A stretch of DNA of 64,000 bases. Source: Patescibacteria group bacterium (GTDB lineage: Bacteria; Patescibacteriota; Microgenomatia; UBA8517). The stretch spans positions 229-64,228 of the forward strand of contig JAOAEL010000005.1 of NCBI GenBank assembly GCA_026416845.1, written 5' to 3'. Both the position numbers and the translations under genes were made by a program. Under the pieces are notes generated by a model, which was not told where the DNA came from, made no database searches, and saw only the letters and a list, made by a program, of their open reading frames with translations. Of the stretch, positions 31,502-41,600 are shown piece after piece (within the stretch, counting starts at the first letter, position 1; every line of letters begins with the position of its first letter).

Positions 31502-33898
31502 CTAATCAGCAAACAAATTCAATTCATTTAAAGGTTGTTTGGTCATAAACTGTGAATTTACACTTTGAAACATGGAAAAATCAACACTTCCACTATCCGC
31601 TTCAAAGCTTAAAGAAGGATTGCTAGTAAAAACTTTATAAATCATTGCGCCACAAACCGAGCTTGGTTGGCCACAAATATTTTTAAACTGAGCACAAACT
31701 TTCTTATTGCCATCGCCACTATCAAGCTTCCAATATTTATAATCAGAATAATCTTCCCATATACTCCACTTAGGATCATCACTTGAAACAGTATTGCACT
31801 GAACACTAGGATCAACATTTATATATCTCATCATTGTTGCATTGGAAACTGAATTTTTAACAAAAGCAATATCAGGAAAAGCTTTCACAGCAGATCTAAC
31901 TAAAGTACATTTGGAAGGTTTCGGATTCTTTTGCCAATCATTCAAACTACAATCGCCAATCCTAACAGTCTCCCAAGAATTACACTGCACAGGTTGACAT
32001 TGCATCGATGTCGGAGTTGGAGAAACTCTAACTAAAGGATTATCACCCAAAACATACTTGGCACCAATCTGGGGCAAAAACATCCATGGAAAAACAGGGA
32101 TAGAAGAATATTTGGGAACACTAAAAGTAATTCTAATATCGGGATGAGAATTTTTCACTTCAACCAAAGAAGAAATTCCACGAACTTCCCAATCGCTATG
32201 ATTAGGAGCAGAAAAAATTCTAAACCCGCTAGCATAATTATTAATACTGGAAAATATTCTTGTTGGACACTGATAATCAAGATTATTAACAGGTCTACCA
32301 CCAAAATTTTTAACATACAAGAAGGTTCCAATACCTATTCTATGTTCAGCATTCATAAGGGCACAAATATCTCCAACATTGTCTAATCTAACCTCATCCC
32401 AACCTTTACCATTCCACGTTCTCCTGTAAACATAACTAATACCATCATAGTAAAATTCAGGCTCACTAGGACGTCTATTTGTAACCCAATCATTATAAAA
32501 CACAGTAGGTATTCTGGAAGACTGATTCTCTATTACCAATTCTGCAGGCCTAAAAATTCTAAAAAACTTGTTAGTTGGATCTTTAAATTGATGAGGAGTA
32601 TTCAAAGGCACTCTCATCTTGACGATAGTACAACATTCCAAACCTTGATTGTTATTTAAATCTTTTTCCAAAAATTCACTTCTTTTAACAGTTTTTCCTA
32701 AATCTTGACCAGAAACAGACTTTATAGTATCTGTGGAAAAGTCGAAAAAAATTAAGTATGGATTGGTAAATTGGTGGGCCGAACCTCCAGCTCCATGCCA
32801 CCTGCTTATTACAAAACCCATCCAAAGTCTGTTGGTAATTTCATCATGACTATAACTTGATATATAAGTCGTCTGATAACCAGTAGTATTAACATGCTCA
32901 GGTCTACCTTCCGGAAATTCAATAGAAGAGTGATCAATAACCCTACAATCAGGGTTTAAAACGTTTCTTGGTCTAGATGGAACACCAGGATCTATTAAAA
33001 CTTTGCGTGGAGACCAAGTATTTCCACGATCAGAAGATTTCATATAAACTTGAGGCTCGTAAAACATACACCACTCTTCAGCTTTCTCCGGAGTATCAGC
33101 AAGAACACACTTAGAAAGCCAATTGTCATCATCAATTTCTGCCCATCTACCATCTTTATCCAAGTCACACTGATAATTAGGATGCGACCTAAAAAAGATA
33201 TATATTTCCCCTTCATTATCAACAAAAGGGGAAACATAGGAATTGGGGGAATCTGCAATTGTTTTTATTTTCCATTTACTGATATCCCTAGGTCTTTCTG
33301 AAATAAAATGATAAATATCATTGCCAGAGTGAAGAGCGTAAAAAACATGAATATAACCCAAATTATCCATAACTATTGAAGGATAATTGTGCATATCTTT
33401 AGAATCACCCATAGATCCAAGTCTAACTGGCCCTTCCCATCGTTTTAAACTGTGATCATAAGCAACTATGTATGGGTCTGTAGCCGTCATATCATAAGTA
33501 ATAGTCCCGCGATACCAAGGAAAAGCACTAGGATTTCTTCTTTGCTCAGCAGGATAATCCATGGGCGTTTTACCATCATACTGGCCACCACCATAAACTA
33601 TATAAGTCTTGTTAGAAACACTGTCGTAAAGTCCAAAAGGAGTATCTCCGGAACGCGCATAATGACTTTGCTGTTCCGTGGCAAAATTAGTCCGATAAAA
33701 ATTAACATTTCCTATTCTACCCGAATGATAAGATTCGCGTTCGTAATTAAACCCAGCTTCAGAATAATACAAATTATAAAAACCCTTTTTGAACAAATAA
33801 ACACCTACAATCAAAGAAACAGAAAAAATCACCAAGGTGAAAATATGAAAAACTTGAACATTTTTGTTTTTAACTCCTTTAGACTTAATTTTAACCAT
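31502..33898 (-). CDS. secreted/TM-anchored 798-aa protein with BNR/Asp-box, cysteine-rich C-terminal region
   Basis: N-terminal TM (VFHIFTLVIFSVSLIVGVYLF). Asp-box SSDRGNTWS (SxDxGxTW). W/Y-rich propeller-like middle. C-terminal about 250 aa carry many Cys. Confidence 0.35.
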   Translation of the reverse strand: MVKIKSKGVKNKNVQVFHIFTLVIFSVSLIVGVYLFKKGFYNLYYSEAGFNYERESYHSGRIGNVNFYRTNFATEQQSHYARSGDTPFGLYDSVSNKTYIVYGGGQYDGKTPMDYPAEQRRNPSAFPWYRGTITYDMTATDPYIVAYDHSLKRWEGPVRLGSMGDSKDMHNYPSIVMDNLGYIHVFYALHSGNDIYHFISERPRDISKWKIKTIADSPNSYVSPFVDNEGEIYIFFRSHPNYQCDLDKDGRWAEIDDDNWLSKCVLADTPEKAEEWCMFYEPQVYMKSSDRGNTWSPRKVLIDPGVPSRPRNVLNPDCRVIDHSSIEFPEGRPEHVNTTGYQTTYISSYSHDEITNRLWMGFVISRWHGAGGSAHQFTNPYLIFFDFSTDTIKSVSGQDLGKTVKRSEFLEKDLNNNQGLECCTIVKMRVPLNTPHQFKDPTNKFFRIFRPAELVIENQSSRIPTVFYNDWVTNRRPSEPEFYYDGISYVYRRTWNGKGWDEVRLDNVGDICALMNAEHRIGIGTFLYVKNFGGRPVNNLDYQCPTRIFSSINNYASGFRIFSAPNHSDWEVRGISSLVEVKNSHPDIRITFSVPKYSSIPVFPWMFLPQIGAKYVLGDNPLVRVSPTPTSMQCQPVQCNSWETVRIGDCSLNDWQKNPKPSKCTLVRSAVKAFPDIAFVKNSVSNATMMRYINVDPSVQCNTVSSDDPKWSIWEDYSDYKYWKLDSGDGNKKVCAQFKNICGQPSSVCGAMIYKVFTSNPSLSFEADSGSVDFSMFQSVNSQFMTKQPLNELNLFAD

Positions 33899-34102
33899 TT
33901 AATCTAAAAATCTAATATATATTAATCTAAAGATATAAGAACTAAACTAATTAGTCAAATACATAACTAATCTAAATCAGGTTTGGATCATATTAATTGT
34001 TTTGTCAATAAATTTTCTGAACATGCAAACATACATTTATGAGACAAGTATCACAGATAAAAAAACATTAACAACAAGATAAAGAAAAAAAGGTTTAGTC
34101 AA

Positions 34103-35092
34103 TCAAATATCAGATTTTCCTTTATAAATTTTAGGACGAAGCCAATCTTCAGGAGTTGCTTCTTGTTGTAAATCATCTTCTTTTTCTTTAGTTTTGGTCA
34201 AATCAAACTGAGAAAAATTGGTCAAGAGTTTATCAGCAAAAACAGCTTGCGGATAAAAACCTTTTTTAGATAAATGAGCCTGTAAATATGTAGAAGGTGT
34301 AGAAGGTGTAGAAAGAGAATTAAAATCAAAATTTGAGGTTTTTGTACCTGCATTAAAATTTTGATAATTTTTATGCAATCTTTTCCCTCCCTTTTGCATC
34401 AACTCTCCTACAACAAAAAATGTTTCACCGTTCAGGGATGCGATAGAAAGATAATTTGTCGCATTTTCTATGCCAGCTAAAAGATTAGTTGCAATATCAG
34501 GATTAATTTTCAGATTGGAATCTTTCATCATCAAAAAAACCAATTCTGAAATGGAAGACTTCGGTTGAGCAAAAGAAATCACTTGTCTTCCACCTGTTAG
34601 AAGAATATCTTTAATTCCAATATGCATTACACTTTTGTCAACAAAATCTTTTTTTTCAAGATCTGGAAAACTTGCATCCGATTCCCCTCCTATAAGAATA
34701 ACACAATCAGCAAATATACCTTCATAAGACAATTCTACTTGATCCTTTAATGGTGGAGGAACTTTAGTTCTTGGAACAATAGTCAATTTAAATTGTGAAT
34801 TTTCGATATCGTAACTAACCTTTTCAACATCTGCGGGATTATAACTTTTTAAACTAATTACAAGATTTTTACCTTCTAAATCTTGAGTAATTTTGCTTAC
34901 ACCAACAAGATCATCAAAATCATTAGACAAGATTGGAGTAGGGCAAGATATGCTCACATTTTTGTTTTCAAATTCGGACAAAGATAAATACAAAGAAACG
35001 CCTGCGGCAACTTGATCATAACTAGGGTGCAAAGGTAACAAAACTAAAATTGATTTTGCTTGTAAAACTAATTCTGAAAACGAACTCATCAC
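34103..35092 (-). CDS. degenerate DHH/DHHA1 (NrnA-like) protein, catalytic motifs lost
   Basis: Aligns to the NrnA pattern (ILVLLPLHPSYDQVAAGVSLYLSL vs ivi.sHvNPDGDalGSalaL; GELMQKGGKRLH vs GGGH), but the DHH and first Asp motifs are substituted. Confidence 0.35.
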   Translation of the reverse strand: MMSSFSELVLQAKSILVLLPLHPSYDQVAAGVSLYLSLSEFENKNVSISCPTPILSNDFDDLVGVSKITQDLEGKNLVISLKSYNPADVEKVSYDIENSQFKLTIVPRTKVPPPLKDQVELSYEGIFADCVILIGGESDASFPDLEKKDFVDKSVMHIGIKDILLTGGRQVISFAQPKSSISELVFLMMKDSNLKINPDIATNLLAGIENATNYLSIASLNGETFFVVGELMQKGGKRLHKNYQNFNAGTKTSNFDFNSLSTPSTPSTYLQAHLSKKGFYPQAVFADKLLTNFSQFDLTKTKEKEDDLQQEATPEDWLRPKIYKGKSDI

Positions 35093-35147
35093 TAACTTTT
35101 AAGTTTAAAAAAATAATTTCAGGATTTAACTTTAACTTAAATAATTA

Positions 35148-36566
35148 TTATTTACGTATAGATACTATCATGTCCCCTGTGGAAAAATCAAGTTGAGGCA
35201 TGCATAAAATTCCACATTCTTCTCCTTGCTTTGCTTCATTTATGTCTTCTTTGCCACGTTTCATCGATACAATTTTAAGTTCTCCTTTTGATATGCCTTG
35301 CGACATTAAAACCACCCTATCTGATTTAGTTAATTTTCCACTCATAACTTTCACTCCACAAACTTTTTTGTTATCAAAGGGGAAAATTGCCAAAATTTTA
35401 GCTTTGCCTAATTCTTCAACATTACCCTTACTAATTAGTTCCTCAAGTCTATCAATGAGCTTATATATAACATCGAAGCATTCAATTTCCACACCTTCTG
35501 TCTTGGCTAAAAGGGAAACAGAGACAGGAACTTTAACTTCAAACGCGATAATTCTGGCAGTCGAGGATTTTGCCGTAAAAACATCCGATTCTGTAACATC
35601 TCCCACTCCAGAATCAACAACTATCACATTTTTAGGCAAACCTGCCAATATTGATTCTCTGGTGCCTTCATTATGGACCTTGACAAGAATGGCTAATTTT
35701 CCTGTAATATCCGACAAAGCAGGATTGTTTTTCTTGATTTCAATTGCAGGCAAGTTTACATTGATACCTTTTTGCAATATTTTTGATCCAACTTGAGGCA
35801 ATCCTGATAAACCAAGGATACAGGCCGGATATCCAGTAGACACTTTTTGTACTTGTTGATTTAAATCGTTATAAATTGCTCTAACTCTACCACTAACTGT
35901 ATCCGAAAAAACTTCTTGACCAACACAAAGAGTGCCATTTCTTACAATTACAGACGCTTTTGGGCCAGCTTTGTCTTTGAATGTTTCTATTACAACAGCC
36001 TCCAGTTGCCCAGAATCATCTCCTGACAATCCTTTGATCTGTGCAACTAAATTAATAATTTCCAAAAGCTCATTTATACCTGCACCCGTAACACTTGACA
36101 CACCCACACAAGGCACTTCTCCACCTCTTCCCTCAAAAACCACACCTTCAGCCTCTAATTGAGATTGAACAAATGGTATAGAACTTGTGGCAAGATCAAT
36201 TTTTGTTACAGCAACCACAAAAGGCAATCCTTCTGAACGAATAATTTCCAATGCCTCTTTTGTCTGCGTTTTTACGCCATCATCTCCTGCAACTACCAAA
36301 ACCGCAACATCTGCAACTTTGGCTCCGCGACTACGCATATTGGCAAATGCTGCATGACCAGGAGTATCTATGAATGTGATTTTGCCACCATCTTTTAGTG
36401 ATACAACCGAAGCACCAATACTCTGAGTAATACCTCCCTTCTCACGAGCAACAACAGATGTTTTTCTTAAATAATCTAAAAGCGAGGTTTTACCATGATC
36501 AACATGTCCTAATACAACAACAACAGGAGGTCGCATTGGTTGAACTTTTGTAGCTGTCACATTCAT
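35148..36566 (-). CDS. infB: translation initiation factor IF-2 (short form)
   Basis: G-domain [24 protein letters not shown] and NKID (TKIDL) motifs. Only 472 aa. Confidence 0.88.
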   Translation of the reverse strand: MNVTATKVQPMRPPVVVVLGHVDHGKTSLLDYLRKTSVVAREKGGITQSIGASVVSLKDGGKITFIDTPGHAAFANMRSRGAKVADVAVLVVAGDDGVKTQTKEALEIIRSEGLPFVVAVTKIDLATSSIPFVQSQLEAEGVVFEGRGGEVPCVGVSSVTGAGINELLEIINLVAQIKGLSGDDSGQLEAVVIETFKDKAGPKASVIVRNGTLCVGQEVFSDTVSGRVRAIYNDLNQQVQKVSTGYPACILGLSGLPQVGSKILQKGINVNLPAIEIKKNNPALSDITGKLAILVKVHNEGTRESILAGLPKNVIVVDSGVGDVTESDVFTAKSSTARIIAFEVKVPVSVSLLAKTEGVEIECFDVIYKLIDRLEELISKGNVEELGKAKILAIFPFDNKKVCGVKVMSGKLTKSDRVVLMSQGISKGELKIVSMKRGKEDINEAKQGEECGILCMPQLDFSTGDMIVSIRK

Positions 36567-36670
36567 ATTCTAAAAAAATTTTTAGCACACATTCTTTCAT
36601 GTTAAATTAACTTGCATTAACATCTCCTTTGCTACCTTTGATTTCAATACAACTATTATTCAGAATTGCC

Positions 36671-37798
36671 TTATTTAGGATTCTTTTTCTGATTCGGCTG
36701 AAAATCAGTTGTCATACTAGACAATTCTGCATCTTCTGTGTCATAAACATCAGCCATTTTAACGTTTTGATCTGCATCCTTTTTCGTACTACCATCTTGA
36801 CCACCAGAATTATAACTTACAATTTTAATCTTCCATCCTGAAAGCTTTGCCACCAATCTGGCATTTTGTCCATCTTTGCCAATCGCCAAAGACAGCTGGT
36901 CTTCAGGAACTTTAATATATGCTATCTTCTCTACTTCGTCCAAACTAACCATTACATTAGTAGCAGGAGCAATAGCCGATTCAATCAATTCGGCAACATT
37001 GTCCGTATATTGAATTATATCTATTCTTTCTCCACTAAGTTCATTAGTAACCGCCTGAACTCTAATACCTTTTTGCCCTACACAGCTTCCAACAGGATCA
37101 ACTCCAGACTGTGTTGACATTACGCACATTTTCGTTCTCACTCCGGGTTCCCGCGCTATACTATTAATAACAACACTACCTGCAGCAATTTCTGGAACTT
37201 CACGCTGGAACAACTTCTTAACAAATTCCGGATCAGCCCTAGAAAGAACAATTTGTTTGCCAAAACTTTCATCGCGTATTTCTTTTATCAAAAATGTGAG
37301 TTTCTGAGAAATATTAAGTTTTTCATTAGGAATTCGCTCGTTAGCAGGCATTATTCCTTCGGCACGACCAAGATCAACCCTCACATCCGGACCATCAAAA
37401 CGAATGATCATTCCCGAAATTAGAGTATTGACACGACTAGAGAATTCATCAATTATAGCTCCTTTCTCAGCCTCGCGAATTTTTTGATGAATCACTTGCT
37501 TGGCAGTCTGAGCCGCAATTCTACCAAATCCCGGAGGTGTAACATCCTTCTTTCCTTCGGGGTCATTTTCTGGCCAAGCAAAAATTTTTGTTTCACCACT
37601 AACAGGATCAATCTCCACATCAAATTCCAAACCTTCTACATCTTTGCCTTGCTCATATGCATCTTTTTTATAAGCGGCAATTATTGCCTGCTTAATGGTG
37701 CTTAATATAACTTCTACGTCAAGCTTTCTGGCTGACGCTACTGCTTTTAACGCTTGAGCAAATTCTGTTCTTGGTCCTTGTTGCATAATTTTTGTCAA
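36671..37798 (-). CDS. nusA: transcription termination/antitermination factor NusA
   Basis: N-terminal domain plus S1 and two KH domains (GPGVRTKMCV..., IGKDGQNARL...). Sits upstream of infB. Confidence 0.88.
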   Translation of the reverse strand: MTKIMQQGPRTEFAQALKAVASARKLDVEVILSTIKQAIIAAYKKDAYEQGKDVEGLEFDVEIDPVSGETKIFAWPENDPEGKKDVTPPGFGRIAAQTAKQVIHQKIREAEKGAIIDEFSSRVNTLISGMIIRFDGPDVRVDLGRAEGIMPANERIPNEKLNISQKLTFLIKEIRDESFGKQIVLSRADPEFVKKLFQREVPEIAAGSVVINSIAREPGVRTKMCVMSTQSGVDPVGSCVGQKGIRVQAVTNELSGERIDIIQYTDNVAELIESAIAPATNVMVSLDEVEKIAYIKVPEDQLSLAIGKDGQNARLVAKLSGWKIKIVSYNSGGQDGSTKKDADQNVKMADVYDTEDAELSSMTTDFQPNQKKNPK

Positions 37799-37804
37799 AA
37801 AAAT

Positions 37805-37835
37805 TAAACAAAAAAATAGTGGGCATACTCCCCAC
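37805..37835 (-). terminator. terminator-like hairpin + U-tract about 35 nt upstream of the nusA start
   Basis: Minus strand: GTGGG-GAGTATG-CCCAC followed by TATTTTTTTGTTT. It is placed between the MEMO-family gene and nusA. Confidence 0.45.
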
Positions 37836-37954
37836 CGAAAAATTCACATTAACCTTTACAAGTCTACTAGAGTTAGAGTTTAAAGTCAATTTAATTAAAG
37901 CTTACCTAAACACCCTCACCACATAACTTGTGCCTTGCGACACAAAATCCGAAG

Positions 37955-38691
37955 TTAAAAATGCGCCGTGAGTACTAAACAGGTTTCCCAATTAGTTGAA
38001 TTTAAGGATTGCATAGTCTTAAGCAATAAACCGATCGCGGAAGGGGAATCAAGATGATCGTCTTTCAAACCGTACAATTTTTGATAATTAAACTCAGAAA
38101 TAATTTTAATTGACTCTTCATTTTTTGTCATTCCTTCTTCAAAACTAGTCCCATGAGAAAAGTCAACCGCTGCAATGTAAACAGTATCATAAGGAAAAAT
38201 ATTGGCGAAACACTTGGCATATTTGTCGATATCAGGCTTTCTAAAATTCGCCGAAACAATCAAGGGAATTATTCTTGCGTTAGGAAAATATTCTCTTAGA
38301 TAAATTACAGGAACCGTGATACTATGCTCTATTTCAATTATCCTTGAATTCACTAAAACTTCAGGAAACCTTCTAATAAAATCACTCAAATCTCTTTTTC
38401 TATGGGATAATCATAGACATCTAAAGCAGTAGTTAAAGTCGATCCATCAGGATAGTAATGATTTGTGCCTAATATTACAAAAATCGAAGGATTGTTTGTT
38501 TCGCGCAATTTTTCCAGTGAAGCGACAAACAACTCTTTCGCCAAATCATGATGTGGCAAGATTATACCTTTAACCTTATCTTCTTTTGTATTTAAGCTAG
38601 CAACTTCTCCTTTTTTGTTGAAATGAAAACTGCCAAACCCAACTACAAACAAAACTAAAAGAATAACAAAGAAAGAAATTTTTGGTCTCAT
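37955..38691 (-). pseudogene. AmmeMemoRadiSam system protein B (MEMO1 family), split into two ORFs by a frameshift
   Basis: ORF 38386-38691 carries GIILPHHD ... ILGTNHY. ORF 37955-38389 carries EIEHSITVPVIYL ... AAVDFSHG. These are consecutive conserved MEMO blocks. The ORFs overlap at a TTG/TGA junction beside an A5 run (rc GAAAAAG). One extra A would fuse them in frame (…IEKRDLSDFIRR…). Confidence 0.6.
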
Positions 38692-41600
38692 ATTTTGGCA
38701 TCCACCTTTATAGTGCTTTTATCAGTTTTTTGGAAAATAGACTTTTCTTCTTCGTGTTGCATGAATGCAGGTTCTAAGACATATTCTCCAACAGCGCTTG
38801 CCTTGGCATAGTAAACAGCTTTATATTGTCTTTCGGAAAACCAATGCGAATTAGGAACACAAGCTCGAACCACATTTGATCTAATCTGTTGCATAAAAAT
38901 TTTATTTACTGAAACAACATTAAAGAATGTGGGATTTTCTAAATAAGTAAAACCTGACGGAAGATGATCTGTAATACAGTAAAAACCAGCGGGGGCAACT
39001 TCTTTATCAAAACTAAAATCCAGTTTAAACTCCACTATTTCACCTATACTTATTCTATCGTCCGAGTCACCAACTACTTGATTATAACTTCTTGAAAGCC
39101 CCAATCTTTTGTCTGATTCTAACATTTCCACATTTTCAATATGCGAATTGACAGAAACTAAAGCTTTCCCCGTATCAACCTTTAACTCAAATTTACTAGC
39201 GTCATCTTTGTCAATCACAATTACTTCGCCTCTACCTTTATTTAGTGTAAGTCTTCTAGATCTGTCTTTCATTTTTAAACTAATGTTAGTATCTTCATCG
39301 GGAAACAAAGAAATTTGATGATCTATAAAGGAAATATCTGCTAAATCCAGAATAACGTCTTCGACTACTGTACGATAATCCCTTATATATAAACCTAAAC
39401 CGACGTTATATTTTTGATCAACCATGGTACCTAATAAAAGAGCGTAAGAAGAATCCAACAGGTAGCTATCCATATTTTTTTGATCTGACTGTATGCGAAC
39501 ATATGGCTTGTTGGTATAAGCGAAGTTCGCCAATAAATCATAATACAATTGACGAGCTTTTTCGGTTTGACCGCTTGCGAAAAAAGCGTAAGCAAGAACA
39601 ACTTTTTCCCGGTAAGAAAAAAGATTTTTCTCCAAACGGTTCATTTCATTCACTCTTGATTCACCCAAAACGGCAAGTCCCCACAAAGCATAAACTTTTG
39701 ATAGAGTAGGGGATGTTGAATCTTTCAAAACATCATTAAAATATTTCTTCAATCTCTCTTTATCAAAAAAATCAGCCCCAACATATGCGGACCAAGCCGA
39801 TGTTTCGACATCACTGCTTCCCCACAACACTTGTTTAATGCCACCATCATTTGATTGAAAACCGGAAAATTCCTGCTTCACCATTTGGCAATCAGTTTCA
39901 TTAAACCAATTTTTCAAACTCTTGTTTGCCAAAACATTAGCAAGTTTTTTTTCAATTCTATTGCTATAAGAGTTGCAATACTTATACAAAGCATTATAAA
40001 ATCTCCCCTTACCCTGATCGGTAATTACCAATTTGATGTTTTCCTCTTTTGTCAGTTCATCTATCGGCAAAGAATTAATTGACTGTCCTTGATCTAAACT
40101 TATATCGTTTCGCTTTTCAAACATCACCCTTGAAGATTTCACTATTAATGGAAGCATGATTGAATCTTCATGTTCCTTATATTTGCCACCAGCTTTGACT
40201 TTGTAATTGCCGACTTCAAGATTTGGAAAAGGAATGTGGATATCTCTGAAAGGAAACTCTGAAAATTCTTTTTTATTAATTGCTTTTTCTCCGTTTTGAT
40301 CCAAAAAAGCGTAATTGTAAGAAACTTCTTTGTTTTTTTCTAAAACTTTTCCATAGGCATTAATTGCAAGATACGCCTTATCGCCCTTTATAATAGTTGA
40401 TGGAAATTGGTTAGTAACAAAAAACTCCTTTGTTGCAATAACCGATGCTTTCTCTTGACCAAAATTAAGATCACTATCTATACCTTGAGCATAAATTAGC
40501 CAATTAGTAATATTGTCCAATAGCTTGAATTCAAAAACTGCTTCTCCATTTTGATCTGTAATTGCAGAACCAAAATAAGCTGTGTCCCCAAATTCACTTC
40601 TGTCAACACCTCCATTCCCTCCACCCCTGTTTCCGTCATACAACAACAAGCGATGTGTATAATATGTGTAATACACCCAGTCACCAGTTGTTTTATAAAT
40701 TGATTTTCTTATAGAAGGTTCGTTCGCTCCTCCAATAGCCGCCAGAGATTCATCTACTACTGCAAGCGCTACAGTTACACCAGATTTGGGCTGACCATTT
40801 TTGGATACTTTAACAGTTATTCTCGATTGCTCGCCTGGAGAGTATTTTAACTTGCCAGTTTTTATATCAAAATCCAATTCACTATCTTTAGTTTGATAGA
40901 AAATCTGTAAACCATTAAAGCCAGCTTGGTATCTATATCTATAAGATGGATAATAATCGCAATCACAAGAAGCTTCCACTTCTTCGTAACGTTCACCAGT
41001 AAAGACAATTGCACCAACATATATGTTTGGCTTGTGCGATTTGTCAAAAACAAAACTGAAAGATGGTTCATCCTTCAAAGAAAAAGACAAATTTCCTCTA
41101 TTAGCCTTAATGAAAAGAAACTTATTTTTCTCGTTATCAGGATAATCTTTACTATCTTTATAAATCTTAATGTCAACATTTTCACCAACAGAAAAAGCAC
41201 TAAAACCTTTCTCAATCTTCAGATAAGGATAAGAAAAACTCCCGTTACTAACACCAATTTCATCATAGTAATAGTATAGGTACTCTCTACTAATCGCAGA
41301 GCGTCCATCTTTATCTTTAGCAATAATCTCAAATGTATAAGAACTACCTTTGGAAAGTGACATTTCATAGTCTATCTGACCATCATTATTAGTCAAAAGT
41401 TCTTTGTCCGGTAAATTTTCTTGGTGCGTGCTATACCTATACTTGGTGCGGGTAACTTTTTCGACAAAGTCATAATAAGTACCATCTTCAATTCTTTCGT
41501 ACCATGTTCTTTTTGAACGAACAACAACTTTCTGCCCTCTCGCAACATCCGCATTCACTTCAGAAGTAACACCTTCATTAAAAGGACCTAAATCAATGTT

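Noticed and set aside
37835-37954. Possible tRNA or ncRNA in the 120-nt spacer between the MEMO-family gene and the nusA leader hairpin
   Set aside because: There is no T-loop (GTTCRANNC) or acceptor-stem complementarity on either strand. It is more likely promoter or leader sequence.
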